Below, in pieces: positions 11,046 through 23,611 of a stretch of 64,000 bases of DNA (positions are counted from its first letter, which is position 1; every line of letters begins with the position of its first letter). Origin of the DNA: Naegleria gruberi (lineage: Eukaryota); NCBI GenBank assembly GCA_000004985.1, contig GG738869.1. One strand, 5' to 3'. Below the pieces are notes generated by a model. The model ran no database searches and had not been told where the DNA came from. It saw only the letters and a program-made list of their open reading frames with translations. The position numbers and the translations under genes are program-made.

Positions 11046-13336
11046 ATGGTGAAGGAAAAGTTAACTTTTACAAACCCTAAGAAGGCTAACACAAAAAAGC
11101 CTCAGCCAAAACAACAACAAGTTGGGCAAACTAAACAACCTGTTGCTGAGGAAGTAGCTGCTGAACAAGTTGTTACTACTCAACAACCTGTAGTTACCGA
11201 AGTTGAAGATTCTAACAATGAATTAATCAACAAAATCAACAAGGAAATTAGACAATATAGAAAACAAGTTGTAAAGCACAAAAAGCTTCATGAAGATGTA
11301 AGTCATTTACATAGCAAAGCCTTTTCTAAAATGTAATAGATTACCAATCAATTGGATTTTAATATTGCTATTCCGACAATCCCTTCCCACCTCAACAAGA
11401 AGGATCTTTCATTCGAAGAGATTTTACAAAGAAAGAATTTCGATGCTCAAATCGAAGAATCAAAGAAGAAGGAAAAACAATTGAAGGATATGATTGAAAT
11501 TTTAGATAATGAAAACAAATCATTGGAGGTTCTCGAAACTATTCAAAGTAGTATGAGTAAGATTTTCAATGAGGTATGTAGTAGACTTTTGATTCGGAAG
11601 TAATAGTCTAACAATTTTTCTAATAGCATGATTCACGTCAAACAAAACTTGAAAAGGACTTGAAACAATTGCAAAAGGATGTTAAACAAAAGGATCAACA
11701 ATTGGAGGAATTGAATCAAACTCTTAATCATACCAAATTCCAACTTTCTCTGCAAGTTAACAACAAGAAGGAAAATGTTTCAAAAATCACTAGCTTTGAA
11801 CAACAAATCAATGAACTTACTGAACAAAACACAAAACTCTTGAAACAAAACCAGGATGTGGAATCACTCAAAACTGAAATTACTCGTCTTCAATCTTTGA
11901 ATTCAAATTTATCCAAAACACTTGAGGATCAAAGACAACAATCTTCCCAACAATTAATGGTTCAACACAATGTGATAGAGGAACAAAAAAAGCTTCTCCA
12001 ACAAAAGGAAGAAACATTAATGTTCAACTTTTCCAGATTTAACCAAGTGAATACAGAATTAATGATGATCAAACAACAATTTACCGACCAAGACAAATTC
12101 ATCAAATTCCAACAACATCAAATTTCTCTCAAATCTGAGGAAAATAACTCTATCACAAAGGAGGTTAATTCATTGAAAGAGGAAAACTCTTCAGTTGTGA
12201 AAAAGAATCAAGACTTGTTGGACAATATCAAACAATTGGAAGAAAAGATTGCTAATTTGGAAAACTCTAACAAGCAATTATTAGATAAAATGCAAAGAGA
12301 TGAAAATGACCACAAACATTCTATACAACAACTCGAAGAACAATTAAAGCACAGACCAATTGTGACGTTCCCTGTAAAGTTTGAAGAGGATATAATTAAT
12401 GAAGCTTTGGACAAGAAGAGAACCAAGGATATTGTTCAACTTATTCAAGTTTTGAGTTTTTTCAATATTTCTAATCCAGACTCATTCGAAAGAAGATCCA
12501 TGTTCCTTTCAGACCAACTTTGTATTAGCCAAACTGGAAAACAAGTATCAATTTTGACTCACAACGATTTTGCAGCTGTAGATGCTCTTTCACGTTCCCT
12601 CTTTGGTCAACAACAAAATATTGATCAAGTGGAAAATTGTATTAATGATGGAGTAAGAAAATTAGAAAAAATTATTGCAAGATCTGAAGATGATTCAATT
12701 ATTGGAGTTTCATACAAGATTTTAGCAGAACAAATAAGAGAACTTGCCTCTTCGAGTATCTACCAATATGGCAAGACTTTGTATCCATACTTGGGTCAAG
12801 ATGAACATTCCTTGACTAGTAATTCTATTTTCAATACTAATGGTTATAATATTAGAATGGATGATGCAAATCAATCAAGCTCATCTCCAAAACTTAAGAG
12901 TAATTTTATTAATACTGACATTTCTTCCACAACTTCTGAAACTAAAAAATCCACCATAATTGAGAATAAGACATTTGAAGAAACTCCATCATCCAATATT
13001 AATGTCACATACGAGGTTCCATCTGAACAAACATCATGGAAATTGGAAGTTACAAACAACAATACAAATGTTGAATCCACAACACCAAGTGCTCCAATAG
13101 AAAGTGACATAATTAACACCTCACCTGCCAATCCAAATGTTGTCTCTACCACAGAAGATGAAAATTCAGTTCCTTCAGCTCCATCTCCTTCATTAGAACA
13201 ACAATCTGAAAATGGTGAAAATCTGACGAAGAAAAAGTTTACAAACAATTCCAGAGGTAGAGGAAGAGGAGGTTTTGTTCCAAATTCACGAGGCGGCCGT
13301 CAAAGAAAACTCTTTGTACGAACAGATAATAAATAA
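11046..13336 (+). CDS. Coiled-coil protein with basic N-terminus and C-terminal RGG/RG motif (NSRGRGRGGFVPNSRGGRQRK). Three exons. Introns at about 11298..11339 (42 nt, GTAAGT..TAATAG) and 11574..11626 (53 nt, GTATGT..TAATAG).
   Basis: Three track ORFs (11046..11336, 11352..11603, 11660..13336) join in frame through the two short introns. Long heptad-repeat regions and an RGG tail are seen in the translation. Confidence 0.6.
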
Positions 13337-13387
13337 ATATTGTAAAATTAAAGTTTTTCAATGTTTTAATTCCAATTATTTTTACAA

Positions 13388-13936
13388 TTATTTCTTATTT
13401 TTGATATTTTCACTCAACCATTCCAAACCTTCATTTATACCAATTCCATTCAGTGCAGATGTTTTAAATATTGTCCATGTTCTATTCTTTATCTTTGTTA
13501 AATTCAATTGTTCAGAAACTTCTTCAACACTCATAGCATTCTTGGCATCTTGTTTGTTAGCCATAATTAAAAGTATAGAGTCTTTCAACTCCTTTTCATC
13601 GAGCATTGCAAAAAGTTCTTCTTTAGCAATACCCATTCTTTCTCTATCACTTGAATCAACAACATAAATAATAGCATCTGTGTTTGCATAGTAACATCTC
13701 CAATATGGTCTAATCGATGTTTGACCTCCCAAGTCCCACACTTGGAATTTTATATTCTTGTATGTTATTGTTTCTACATTGAATCCGATTGTAGGTATTG
13801 TTGTAACAGCTTCTCCTACTTGTAATCGGTAGAGAATTGTTGTCTTACCAGCATTGTCTAATCCCAATATTAAAATACGCACTTCTTGTTCGCTATTAAA
13901 GAGTCCTCCAAATATTGAAGCAATTAAATTTCCCAT
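13388..13936 (-). CDS. arl1: ADP-ribosylation factor-like GTPase ARL1 (182 aa).
   Basis: [13 protein letters not shown] (myristoylation Gly2), G1 [19 protein letters not shown]. Near-colinear identity to ARL1 recalled from memory ([83 protein letters not shown]...IL...ANKQD). Confidence 0.9.
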   Translation of the reverse strand: MGNLIASIFGGLFNSEQEVRILILGLDNAGKTTILYRLQVGEAVTTIPTIGFNVETITYKNIKFQVWDLGGQTSIRPYWRCYYANTDAIIYVVDSSDRERMGIAKEELFAMLDEKELKDSILLIMANKQDAKNAMSVEEVSEQLNLTKIKNRTWTIFKTSALNGIGINEGLEWLSENIKNKK

Positions 13937-14432
13937 GTTTTTGTTTTTTTAAGTTACAATATATTCCTAGTGATATGTATAGTCCTGATGATGATGAAGC
14001 AATAGTTTGTTATATATTATTCAGTCCAATTACTTTAAAAATCAACCTTCTCCTTTTTTTAAATTACTCTAATGTACACAACTTCCGTTATTATTAAAAT
14101 TTACAAGTACAGCTGCTGTCTACTATTGTATCCGAAAGATTAAGCTGTTATAACAAGTGGCAAGGTGTGTTTTAAAGCCAATTTTTTTATATTGAAAGGA
14201 ATTGATGAGTCATGAACAGATGATGATGACTTGGAGTTTATGAATAATAATAAAATATGACGTCATAATGGAAGGGAAATGGATTGTGATAAGATGATTC
14301 TCTTGATGGTAATGATAATAAGATAACCAAAAAGCACAGTATATTATTTTGATGAAGAATTTAAAAAACAATGATGAAGAAGTTTGCGTTAATTTCCAAA
14401 GAGCAAGAACAAAAAAATTCAACTAGTAAACT

Positions 14433-16149
14433 TTGAAAAAGCACACAATGTCCTCCCTATTGCCCAAAACACAGGAAGACCAACAAGCAACAATAGTAGT
14501 AGAATTGGAGGAGAAGAATAAATTGAAAAGAGTTTTGGATCAGGTAGAATCATCTTCATCAATAGAGGAAAAACCACTAGTCAGCAATAAGAAGAGAATT
14601 AAATTATTTGATGAAATTGAGAGTAAACAGGGTGTTTGTTGGCACTTTAGAAAGAAGGGATTTTGCAAATTGGGCTCTGAATGTAAATTCCGACATATTA
14701 AAGTGGATGATTATGGATTAATTATTGAAAATGATTTGTCATCTTCTAATAATTCATCATCTTTGGATAATAATTCAAATACAACATTAGGAAATAATTT
14801 AGAGGAACCTACATTATCATTAACAATAGAACCATCATCACTCTCTAATAGTACATCATTAAATGTTGAACAACCAAGGAGAAAACTTTGCTATTGGATT
14901 TCAAAGGCTAAAGAAACAAAATCAGCAACCTCAGCTTTACGAAGAACTTACGAAGAGAATGGATTTAATTTAATACTCTCCACTGATAATACCGAAACAG
15001 AGAATTATACAGCAGTTTTCTGGGGACATACCTTCCCTCATACTTCAGACCTTTGGAAAAAGTTGCCATCCTACACTTACATTAATCACTTCCCTAATTC
15101 ACACCACTTATCTAATAAGAGTTTGATGGCAATGAATTTTCAGGAAATATCTAAGGATAATTCCTCAATCAAATTCAAATCAGAGTTTATTCCTCATACA
15201 TTTTACTTTCCCTCACAAATTAATTTATTCTTCAATTATTTAAAGACTGAAAAGGATGATATTTGGATTATTAAACCACAAGGTTCAGGCGAAGGAAGAG
15301 GAATCAGATTATTTTCCAATTCTAAACAAATTTTACAGGAGGAATTTCCAACAATACCAACCTCAGAAATAGAGTCTGGGTTTGTCTCTGAGGAAACTTT
15401 GAAAAGGAAGGAGATTAGAAAACACAAGATTGTTGTTTGTAAATATGTAAGAAATCCATTGTTAATTAATGGTAAAAAATTCGATATGAGATTGTATGTT
15501 TTGGCTGTGGGATCCTTCGAAGGACCTTTCAACAACTCCACATAGAGCCTATCTCTATAAGGATGGTATTGTAAGATTGGCCAGCGAGGACTATACGGAA
15601 TCAGAGGAAACTCTCACTAATGCATTCATACACATTACTAACAATACTGTAAATGATAAGAAGAATCGTCCTCAACATGAAACAGCCAAGTCCCAATATG
15701 GATTCTTTTGTAATATGAATTTGAATGAATTGGAAGAATACTTCCAAAAGAACTCTTTGGATTACCAACTCTTCTGGGATAGACTCAAAAATCTAGTTTC
15801 AGAATCATTGAAAATGACAATATTTAACACTGAAAAACAAGATGATACATTCAAAGCCTGCTCATCGAAATGTTTTGAAATTTATGGATTTGATGTAATG
15901 ATAGACAAGAATTTGCAACCTTATTTATTGGAAGTTAACTCAATGCCTGACCTTTCTGCTGTCAGTAATACTAGCCACTTGGTATTAAACAAGGATTTCA
16001 CCATCAAATCTAAAATGCTTGTCAATGCCCTCAATCTCATTGGCATAACAATCGAGGATGAAAACACAGTCCTGAGCCGATTCATCAACATTTCAGATTA
16101 CAACACTGATGACTATCTCAATAATTTTGAGAAAATAATTTATCAATAA
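14433..16149 (+). CDS. Tubulin-tyrosine-ligase-like (TTL/TTLL family) protein with an N-terminal CCCH zinc finger (CWHFRKKGFCKLGSECKFRH). Apparent +/-1 frameshift around 15500..15545 inside the conserved RLYVL...YLYKDGIVRLAS block.
   Basis: Track ORFs 14433..15545 and 15496..16149 overlap by 50 nt in different frames. Together they give the TTL signature FDMRLYVLAVGS / AYLYKDGIVRLASEDYT and downstream ATP-grasp motifs (EVNSMPDLS). The only candidate GT..AG introns shift the frame wrongly. Confidence 0.65.
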
Positions 16150-16302
16150 TAACCAAACAATTTGAAATTTCAAATGAACCAAGACCTATTCAACTAGTAA
16201 TACCCAAAAGATATTTTACTCTCTGGTTTACGCTCTGAATCCAATCAGACATTCACTTTACAATGTCGCATCTGCACCAATTATTTTCCACTCATCAAAA
16301 AA

Positions 16303-17703
16303 ATGCACAAAATCAAAGGGCTAACATCTGCGTTGGGTGCAGTTTTGGTTTTATCCATCATCGCCTTCTTGAGTGTTCATGTTGATGCTTGTGGTCATCA
16401 TCGTCAACAACATCATAATGGATATCATCACCATCATCACCATCATCATGAAGAAAATCCAAAATCATCCGATAAGCCTGTATCTGCCCCACCAAAATCT
16501 GTTTGGGATAATTTGGAAAATATAATTACCAAGTCCATTGCTTCTCAAGCCTTCCCAGGAGCTGTCCTTTTGGTTGCTTCTAAAAATTCAGGAATAATTT
16601 ATTCTAATAGTTTTGGACATTTTACCTACAATCAACAATCATCACCAATGACCATCGGAAGTAAATTTGATATGGCATCCTGTACAAAGGTTTTGGCAAC
16701 AACATCTGCTACTGCATTGCTTTATCAAAAAGGATTGATTGGATTGAAGGATAGAGTTATTAAATATTATCCTGCATTTGCTGTTAATGGGAAGAGTGAA
16801 ATTATGATTGAAAATCTCTTATTGCACAATGCTGGTTTGCCACCAGATCCAAATCCTGGTTATTCTGCAACTCAATTTGGTTGTCCTGCTACTTCTGACT
16901 ATCATCCTCCTCAAGTTTTCACTTGTGCATCAAAGATTTTCAATTCTTGGTTGAATCAAGTTTTGGAAAATAAGCCAGGTCAAGTTTATGTCTACAGTGA
17001 TTTATCAATGATTTCAATGATGTACATTATTGGTAATGTTGTCAAGAAGAATATGGCCATGTTGGAAATGCATGAAGGAGATTTGAGAGTTGAATGTGTT
17101 CAACAAGTTGGTGGAATAGATGCTCCAGGTCATGAAACTTGCTATTATGAAGCTTTTGTTAATAAGCATGTTTTACAAAATCTCCAAATGACAAAGAGTG
17201 GATTCATTCCAAAACCAGAAGAAAAATCCAACATTCCACCAACCTGGTTGGATACTACCTATAGACACGAACTCATTCAAGGTTATGTCTCTGACGAAAA
17301 TGGTTATGCTTTGGGTGGTATTGCTGGTCATGCTGGGTTATTCACTCCAGTTGTTGACGTCTATCGTTTGATGAATGAACTCATGTTCAGAGCTAGAGGA
17401 AACTTTATCAATGAAACCACTTTCGACATGTTTACAACAGTTAAGAATACCACTCAAAGTTCAAGAGCTTTGGGATGGGATACTAATTCTCAAGGAAATG
17501 GAACATGTGGTAGTTTATCAAAGAAGACATTCTTGCATTTAGGATTCACTGGTACCCAAGTTTGTGGTGATCCAGATAGAAATTTATTCACCGTCTTTTT
17601 AACCAACAGAGTTTATCCAGATAAGGATAACAACAAGATGGCTCCAGTAAGAAATGCTGTCAACTCTGAAATTCAACGAGTATTCGATCAATATTATCAT
17701 TAA
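16303..17703 (+). CDS. Beta-lactamase-family serine hydrolase (466 aa). Signal peptide followed by a histidine-rich tract (HHNGYHHHHHHHHEE).
   Basis: SxxK active-site motif (MASCTKV) in the expected position of class-C beta-lactamase / DD-peptidase-like proteins. N-terminal hydrophobic leader. Confidence 0.75.
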   Translation: MHKIKGLTSALGAVLVLSIIAFLSVHVDACGHHRQQHHNGYHHHHHHHHEENPKSSDKPVSAPPKSVWDNLENIITKSIASQAFPGAVLLVASKNSGIIYSNSFGHFTYNQQSSPMTIGSKFDMASCTKVLATTSATALLYQKGLIGLKDRVIKYYPAFAVNGKSEIMIENLLLHNAGLPPDPNPGYSATQFGCPATSDYHPPQVFTCASKIFNSWLNQVLENKPGQVYVYSDLSMISMMYIIGNVVKKNMAMLEMHEGDLRVECVQQVGGIDAPGHETCYYEAFVNKHVLQNLQMTKSGFIPKPEEKSNIPPTWLDTTYRHELIQGYVSDENGYALGGIAGHAGLFTPVVDVYRLMNELMFRARGNFINETTFDMFTTVKNTTQSSRALGWDTNSQGNGTCGSLSKKTFLHLGFTGTQVCGDPDRNLFTVFLTNRVYPDKDNNKMAPVRNAVNSEIQRVFDQYYH

Positions 17704-17903
17704 TTTATAAAATTTTCATTTGCACACGTATCTTCACAACAATTTTCCACACCATCATTACAAAAACCCATTTTTGCAAATTATACTTTTTTGGAAAGGA
17801 CTGTGATTTCCCTTTGGATTTAATAGACTTTTGGGCCTCTGAGCGAACATTATTAATAATGCATTCATTAATGATCACACAATCAAAAACACACACAAAA
17901 CAA

Positions 17904-18422
17904 ATGCCATACCAATCAACATCTCGACATTCTCAACAACGTCATCGATATTTCAATCAACAACAACAACCACAACAGCAGGAGCATGATGATGAAAATT
18001 TTAATCAAACCACTGGAAAACAAGAATCACAACACAAGGATTGGATTTCTAAAAAGAAAATCAAACAAAAGAACAAGTATTCATCTAAAATAAAAGATTT
18101 GAAAAGACAGTTGGCAGAGAAGGATGAACGTTTCGAAAATGAAAGATTTAAATTAAGTGTTAAAGAATGCAACAAATTGACAACACCTTATTTGAAACTG
18201 TTAAAACAGGATATTTCTGAAGCATTGAAATTGATAGAGAATGAACTTTCGGATAGAGAGGATAGAGAACGAAACTGTATCGTTTGTATGGAAAATCAGA
18301 GAGAAATTGTTTTTTTACAATGTAAACATTTTATAACATGCAGTTCATGTGCTGATCAGTTAAGAGAATGTCCAATTTGTCGACAATCTATTACTAAGAG
18401 CATGAAGGTAATTCTTTCTTGA
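17904..18422 (+). CDS. Small coiled-coil protein with a C-terminal C3HC4 RING finger (CIVCMENQREIVFLQCKHFITCSSCADQLRECPICRQ). Probable E3 ubiquitin ligase.
   Basis: Track ORF 17814..18422 begins at a non-ATG codon. The first in-frame ATG is at 17904. IAP/MGRN-type C-terminal RING spacing. Confidence 0.6.
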   Translation: MPYQSTSRHSQQRHRYFNQQQQPQQQEHDDENFNQTTGKQESQHKDWISKKKIKQKNKYSSKIKDLKRQLAEKDERFENERFKLSVKECNKLTTPYLKLLKQDISEALKLIENELSDREDRERNCIVCMENQREIVFLQCKHFITCSSCADQLRECPICRQSITKSMKVILS

Positions 18423-18781
18423 GGCAATTTACAGAGAAATTTTCTTATTCGAAAGCTAAGGAGAAAGACGATCAAAAATTAAAAAGTAACACATCAATTT
18501 GATTCTTGTCTTCTTTTGATAATTTCTTTAAAGAGACAATTGTAATCAAAGTCCTTCATCATCAGTTGTTATTTTGCATGTTGATCATCTTGTATTCTAA
18601 ACATTTCGAATAGAAGAAAATTAAAGAATATTATCTTTACCAACGAAATTCTTGTATCAATAAAATAGATCATACAAGAAAGAAGAGGATCTGTACCTTC
18701 CAAAATTGTTGTTAAATTCTTCACATTTCACTTGTCATTACAGAAACCACCTGTCATCAAGCAACAAACTCATCAAAAAAA

Positions 18782-21700
18782 ATGGCCAGAACTGTAGACA
18801 ATATGATCATGTTGGAGGATGTCTCTGAACGAGGCATTCTCACCAACTTGAAGAATATGTATAAGAAGGATAATATTTATGTAGGTTTCTTTAGTTTACT
18901 TTCGAATACAAACATAAAAGACATTTATTGGAGAAGTTTTAATATCTGTCAATCCGTTCAAACATTTGAACATTTATAACGAACAAAAACTTCGTCAATA
19001 TAGATCACACTGTATGTTTATTCTTCATTTCGAATAGTAGTATTCTAATCATCATCACACTAAATAGATCCTTTCGAATTACCTCCTCACGTTTATTCTA
19101 TTGCAGAAAGTGCTTACAGAAATTTGATTTCGGAAAGAGTTTCTCAATCCATTATCATTTCAGGAGAATCAGGTGCAGGTAAGCAAAAAAATCTTTTCTT
19201 TTCATAACTTTGAAATTTTCATAACTTGGGAAAAATAAATTCATAGGTAAAACTGAAGCTGCAAAACAAATCATGAATTATATTGCTGCCGTGAGTGGTG
19301 GAGAAAAAGAAGGAGAAAATAGGGTCAAGGCACAAATCTTGAAAAGTAATCCATTGTTAGAAGCTTTTGGTAATGCCAAGACAGTTAGGTAAGTTTTTAA
19401 GGATTTTACTGTAAATTCTAATGGTTTATATGTAATTTGTTGTGTGTACTGATGGTTTGAATTGATTTTATTACTGTATATATATAGAAATAACAATAGT
19501 TCTAGATTTGGTAAATATATGGAAATTTTCTTTTCAGATTTGAATCAAATTATGGGAGGTCAAATTATGCAATTCTTATTGGAAAAGTCTAGAATTGTTT
19601 CTCAATCACAAGGTGAACGTAATTTTCACATTTTCTATCAAATTTTCACAGATGATGCTTTGGCTAAAAAGTTAAACTTGACAAAACCTCAAGATTACAA
19701 ATATTTGAACAATACTTATACTGTTGATACAGTTGATGATAAACAAGGTTTCCGTGAGACAAAAGAAGCTCTCGATTTCATTGGAGTTAAAGAAGAAACT
19801 CAATTCCAAATTTGGGAAATGGTTGCTGGTATTTTACATTTGGGAAATATTGAATTCCAAGGTGTTGAAAAGAATGCAAAGGGTGGAAGAAAGGATGGAT
19901 CTGAAATTATTGATAAGAATCCATTGAGATTGTGTGCTAAATGCCTCCATGTTGATGAACAAATGTTGGAAACTTCACTCACCACTAAAACTGTCGAAGC
20001 TGGTGGTAGAAATTCTGTCTATGCTTCACCATTGAGTGTTGATGGAGCTATCAATGCAAGAGATGCATTGGCAAAGGGTCTCTATAGAAGATTGTTTGAT
20101 TGGATTGTAAAATCAGTTAACGAATCAATTACCTTACCGTCATTGATTAATAGAAGATTGTCAACTATGAATGGCAAACCAGGAAAGAAGGGAGAAAAGC
20201 TTAATACCAAACCAAATGAATTTGTAACTATTGGTATTCTAGATATTTATGGTTTTGAAATTTTTGAAACCAACTCACTCGAACAATTAACAATTAACTA
20301 CATTAACGAAAGATTACAGCAAATGTTTATTGAACTAACTTTGAAAGAAGAACAAGAAGAGTACATTAGAGAAGGTATCAAATGGGAAAAGATCCCATAC
20401 AGTGATAACAAACCTTGTGTTGAACTCTTTGATTCCAAACTTGGTATTTTCAATTTATTGAACGAGACAAGTTTATTGAGTAAGGGTGATGATGATTTCT
20501 TGAGAAAACTCAAGGAAAACAATGGAAAACATCCATTCATGGTTCCATTCGATAAGGTCATTTCAAAGGAACAAGAAAAGAACTTTAAGGTTAAACATTA
20601 TGCTGGTATTGTAGAGTATCACTCTCCAACATTTGTTGAAAAGAATTTGGATACCTTGTATCAAAATTTGGTCGCTCTTGCCTTGTCTTCAAGATCTGAT
20701 TTGATGGTTCAATTGTTTTCATCTGATAAGATTGCAACTGGTGGTAATAATGTTGCTGCTAAACCTCCAATGATTTGTACTCAATTCAAGAAGCAAGTTG
20801 ACCACTTGATGACCAAGCTCTACAATTGTAAACCACATTACATTAGATGTATCAAGCCAAACGATAGAAAGATTGGTAACTTGTTCGAAGATGAAATGGT
20901 TACTCACCAAATCAGATGTTTGGGTCTCTTGGAAAACGTATTGGTCAAGAGAGCTGGTTTCGTCTATAGACACAAGTTTGACTTCTTCCTTCATCACTAC
21001 AAGGTCACTACAAAGGAAACTTATCCATTCCTTGCCGACAGTTTCAGAGGTAATGAAATTGAGGCCTGTAAACATATTGCCCAAAATGTATTGAAATCTG
21101 GAGCTGATCACTCTAAAATGTTCCAAATTGGTAAAACCAAGATCTTTATCAAGAATCCGGAGACTGTATTCGCATTGGAAGAATTGAGAGATCGATGCTC
21201 CATTGATTGTGCCATTCAAATTCAAAGAAAATTCAGAAAATTCATTGCCAAGAAGAGAGCTGAAGAAAACAAACGTGAAATCAATAACATCTTTAACAAT
21301 CAAAAGAAGAGACGTCGTATCAGTTACAATAGAATTTATCAAGGTGATTATTTGAACTTTGCATTCAATTCTGAAATGGCCAAACTCTTAGCCAAACACA
21401 ATGACTCTATGATTCACTACTCTGGAAGAATTCAAAAGATTAACAATAGAAACAAGATTCAAGACAGAACCTTGGTCATTACTGAAAGTAACATTTACAA
21501 TATCGATTGGAATGATAAGAAGAATAAGATGAAACTCAAGAGAATATTGCCACTCTCAGATCTCATCAGTCTCAAAGTTTCTCCATTCACTGATGGTTAC
21601 TTTGTTCTATTCTTTGGTACAAGATATTGTTATTTCTTTAATTCTGATGATACTTCTGAAATTGTTTCAATTCTCATTAGAATTTTCAAACAAAAACAGA

Positions 21701-21879
21701 AAAAGATCCCAGTTGAAGTAGCTCAACAATTCGATTACAAACCAACTCTCAAAGAAACTAGAACTCTCAAATTCATTGAAGTTAGCGCCATTCCAAAAAA
21801 TGGTCCAATTGACAAGACTGGTAAATCAGAAATTACAGTTTCTATCATTCCAGCTGCTGAGGAAAAATACTACAAATAA
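18782..21879 (+). CDS. Class I (short-tailed) myosin heavy chain, about 1000 aa. Five exons: 18782..18880, 18921..19011, 19068..19178, 19247..19388, 19488..21879. Introns are 40, 56, 68 and 99 nt.
   Basis: Exon translations recover canonical motor motifs in order: [36 protein letters not shown]|KTEAAK (P-loop split by an intron), NAKTVR|[17 protein letters not shown] (switch II). These are followed by an IQ motif and a TH1-type basic tail, with no SH3 domain. Confidence 0.9.
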
Positions 21880-22104
21880 ATATCTCCATTACTATTAAAA
21901 TTCTATTGTAAACTTCCTGTCAATTATCTTGAAGATTCTTCTCATTTATTCTCCTGTGGTTTTTGTGCTCAACGAACAAATTCGCACATAAAAATTAAAA
22001 ATAATCAAAAAAAATAGGAAAACACTTATTAGAGAGAGGATTTTTCTCTATTCACCAAAGATTGATTTGTATTGAAGAAATAAAATTGAAGAAATTATCG
22101 GAAA

Positions 22105-22905
22105 ATGTTCGGAGTCAAAAATCCAAGGCTTCAAGAAGCCCAGAGAATGTTCAGTTTTAAAATTGATACAAAATCTGAAGATCAAAGAGACACAATGGCA
22201 ATGGTTAATAGTTTAGATCCAGAATCATCAACTGTTAAGGATATTACAATTGTAAAACAAATGAGAGATGAGCCAGAAAGATATGAAAGATTGAGTTGGG
22301 ATTATAATTTTCCAAAATTAATTGATACAACTATTCAAAGAAGTTTAGGAAGAAAAGGAAGTGCTTTTGCAGTTTACTCAATTGAGAAATTAATGTTTTG
22401 GGATAAGAAGGAGAAAAAGATTGTTGGAGTTGTTGCTTTTGCCAATGATTGTGAAGGTCCACCAGCTTGTGTTCATGGTGGTTGTATTGCCACTGCTTTG
22501 GATGAAGCTTTTGGTTGGTGTTGCATCAGAAATATTGGTTTCAGTGGTGTCACTTTAAATCTCAGTGTAAATTATTTCAAATTTATTCCACTCAAGAAGG
22601 CCATTGTTGGTTTGGAAATTGAAACTGAAAAAGTGGAAGGAAAGAAGGTCTTTATGAAGGGAAAATTATATGACCTATCAGATCCATCAGTAGTTCACAA
22701 TACTGGTACAGCCTTATTCTATAAAGCTAATGAACATATGCCAACATGGGAAGAAGCTGTTCAATACTTTGGTCCACAGTCTACATTGACAAAGAATCAA
22801 ATTCTTTCTTACTTTAAGGTAAGAATAAAGAAGAAGGCACAAGAAAAGAAGGAAGAAAAGGATCTTGACGTACAGTCACAACCTCATAGAACTTCCAAAT
22901 TATAA
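22105..22905 (+). CDS. Hotdog-fold acyl-CoA thioesterase (PaaI/THEM4-like), 266 aa.
   Basis: Motif CVHGGCIATALDEAFGWC (HGG...DE thioesterase signature). The last about 30 codons are duplicated downstream (see 23445..23550). Confidence 0.65.
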   Translation: MFGVKNPRLQEAQRMFSFKIDTKSEDQRDTMAMVNSLDPESSTVKDITIVKQMRDEPERYERLSWDYNFPKLIDTTIQRSLGRKGSAFAVYSIEKLMFWDKKEKKIVGVVAFANDCEGPPACVHGGCIATALDEAFGWCCIRNIGFSGVTLNLSVNYFKFIPLKKAIVGLEIETEKVEGKKVFMKGKLYDLSDPSVVHNTGTALFYKANEHMPTWEEAVQYFGPQSTLTKNQILSYFKVRIKKKAQEKKEEKDLDVQSQPHRTSKL

Positions 22906-23444
22906 ACGCTTATCCAATATTGTAAAATTTACCAACCTCTCGTTCGATCATTATTTAATATTATTGTAAATTTTAAAATGCATCAAAAAGGAAGCATACC
23001 TTGGCAACGCTGTAAATAGTTACCGTTTAAAAGATGCTTAATCACTTAATGGAAGGGAATTTGGCGTTATCAATAGAGATGCTGCAATTTTTATTGCCTT
23101 TTATTTAATTGAAAGGTGCTGCTTTGAAGAAATTTCTTGAGGATCAACCTGTGGAAGAAGTGAAGCCCGCTGATCTCAGAATCAGAAGGTCTCTTTTTTA
23201 AAAACACAGCATTTAGAGATTTTGCAAAAGGAATTCTTTCAAGAAAAAGTACATTTTTCTTTGTTCCAAAATTCCAATCCTACCATTTTTATCTGCGCAA
23301 GCTGATATCAAACAAGAAATTGAAGAAGTGGACTTGCTATGCTATGAAGATATTTAACTGACCATATCTACTTGATTGTCCACACAACAATTCAATTCCA
23401 AAGGTATCAAGATTGGAAGTCAAACTTTAGAATAACAACAACAA

Positions 23445-23550
23445 AATCTTTCTTACTTTAAGGTAAGAATAAAGAAGAAGGCAGAGGAAAAAAAGGAAGA
23501 AAAAGATTTCAATGTACAACCACAACCTACCCAAAGAATCTAAATTATAA
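23445..23550 (+). repeat. Roughly 105-bp duplicate of the 3' end of the thioesterase gene (paralogous to about 22800..22905). ORF-preserving: YFKVRIKKKAEEKKEEKDFNVQPQPTQRI-stop versus YFKVRIKKKAQEKKEEKDLDVQSQPHRTSKL-stop.
   Basis: Direct sequence comparison of the two segments, about 85 percent nt identity. Both copies are preceded by the string tctttcttactttaag|gtaaga. Confidence 0.6.
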
Positions 23551-23611
23551 AACTGGTATTTTCTCACCACACAGCTTAGAAGATAATCTCACAATGTTGA
23601 AATGTCAATCC

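Noticed and set aside
15500-15552. A 49-52-nt GTATGT..CATAG candidate intron to repair the TTL frameshift
   Set aside because: Either splice choice yields a premature stop or the wrong frame, and would delete the conserved VLAVGS segment. A frameshift is the simpler reading.
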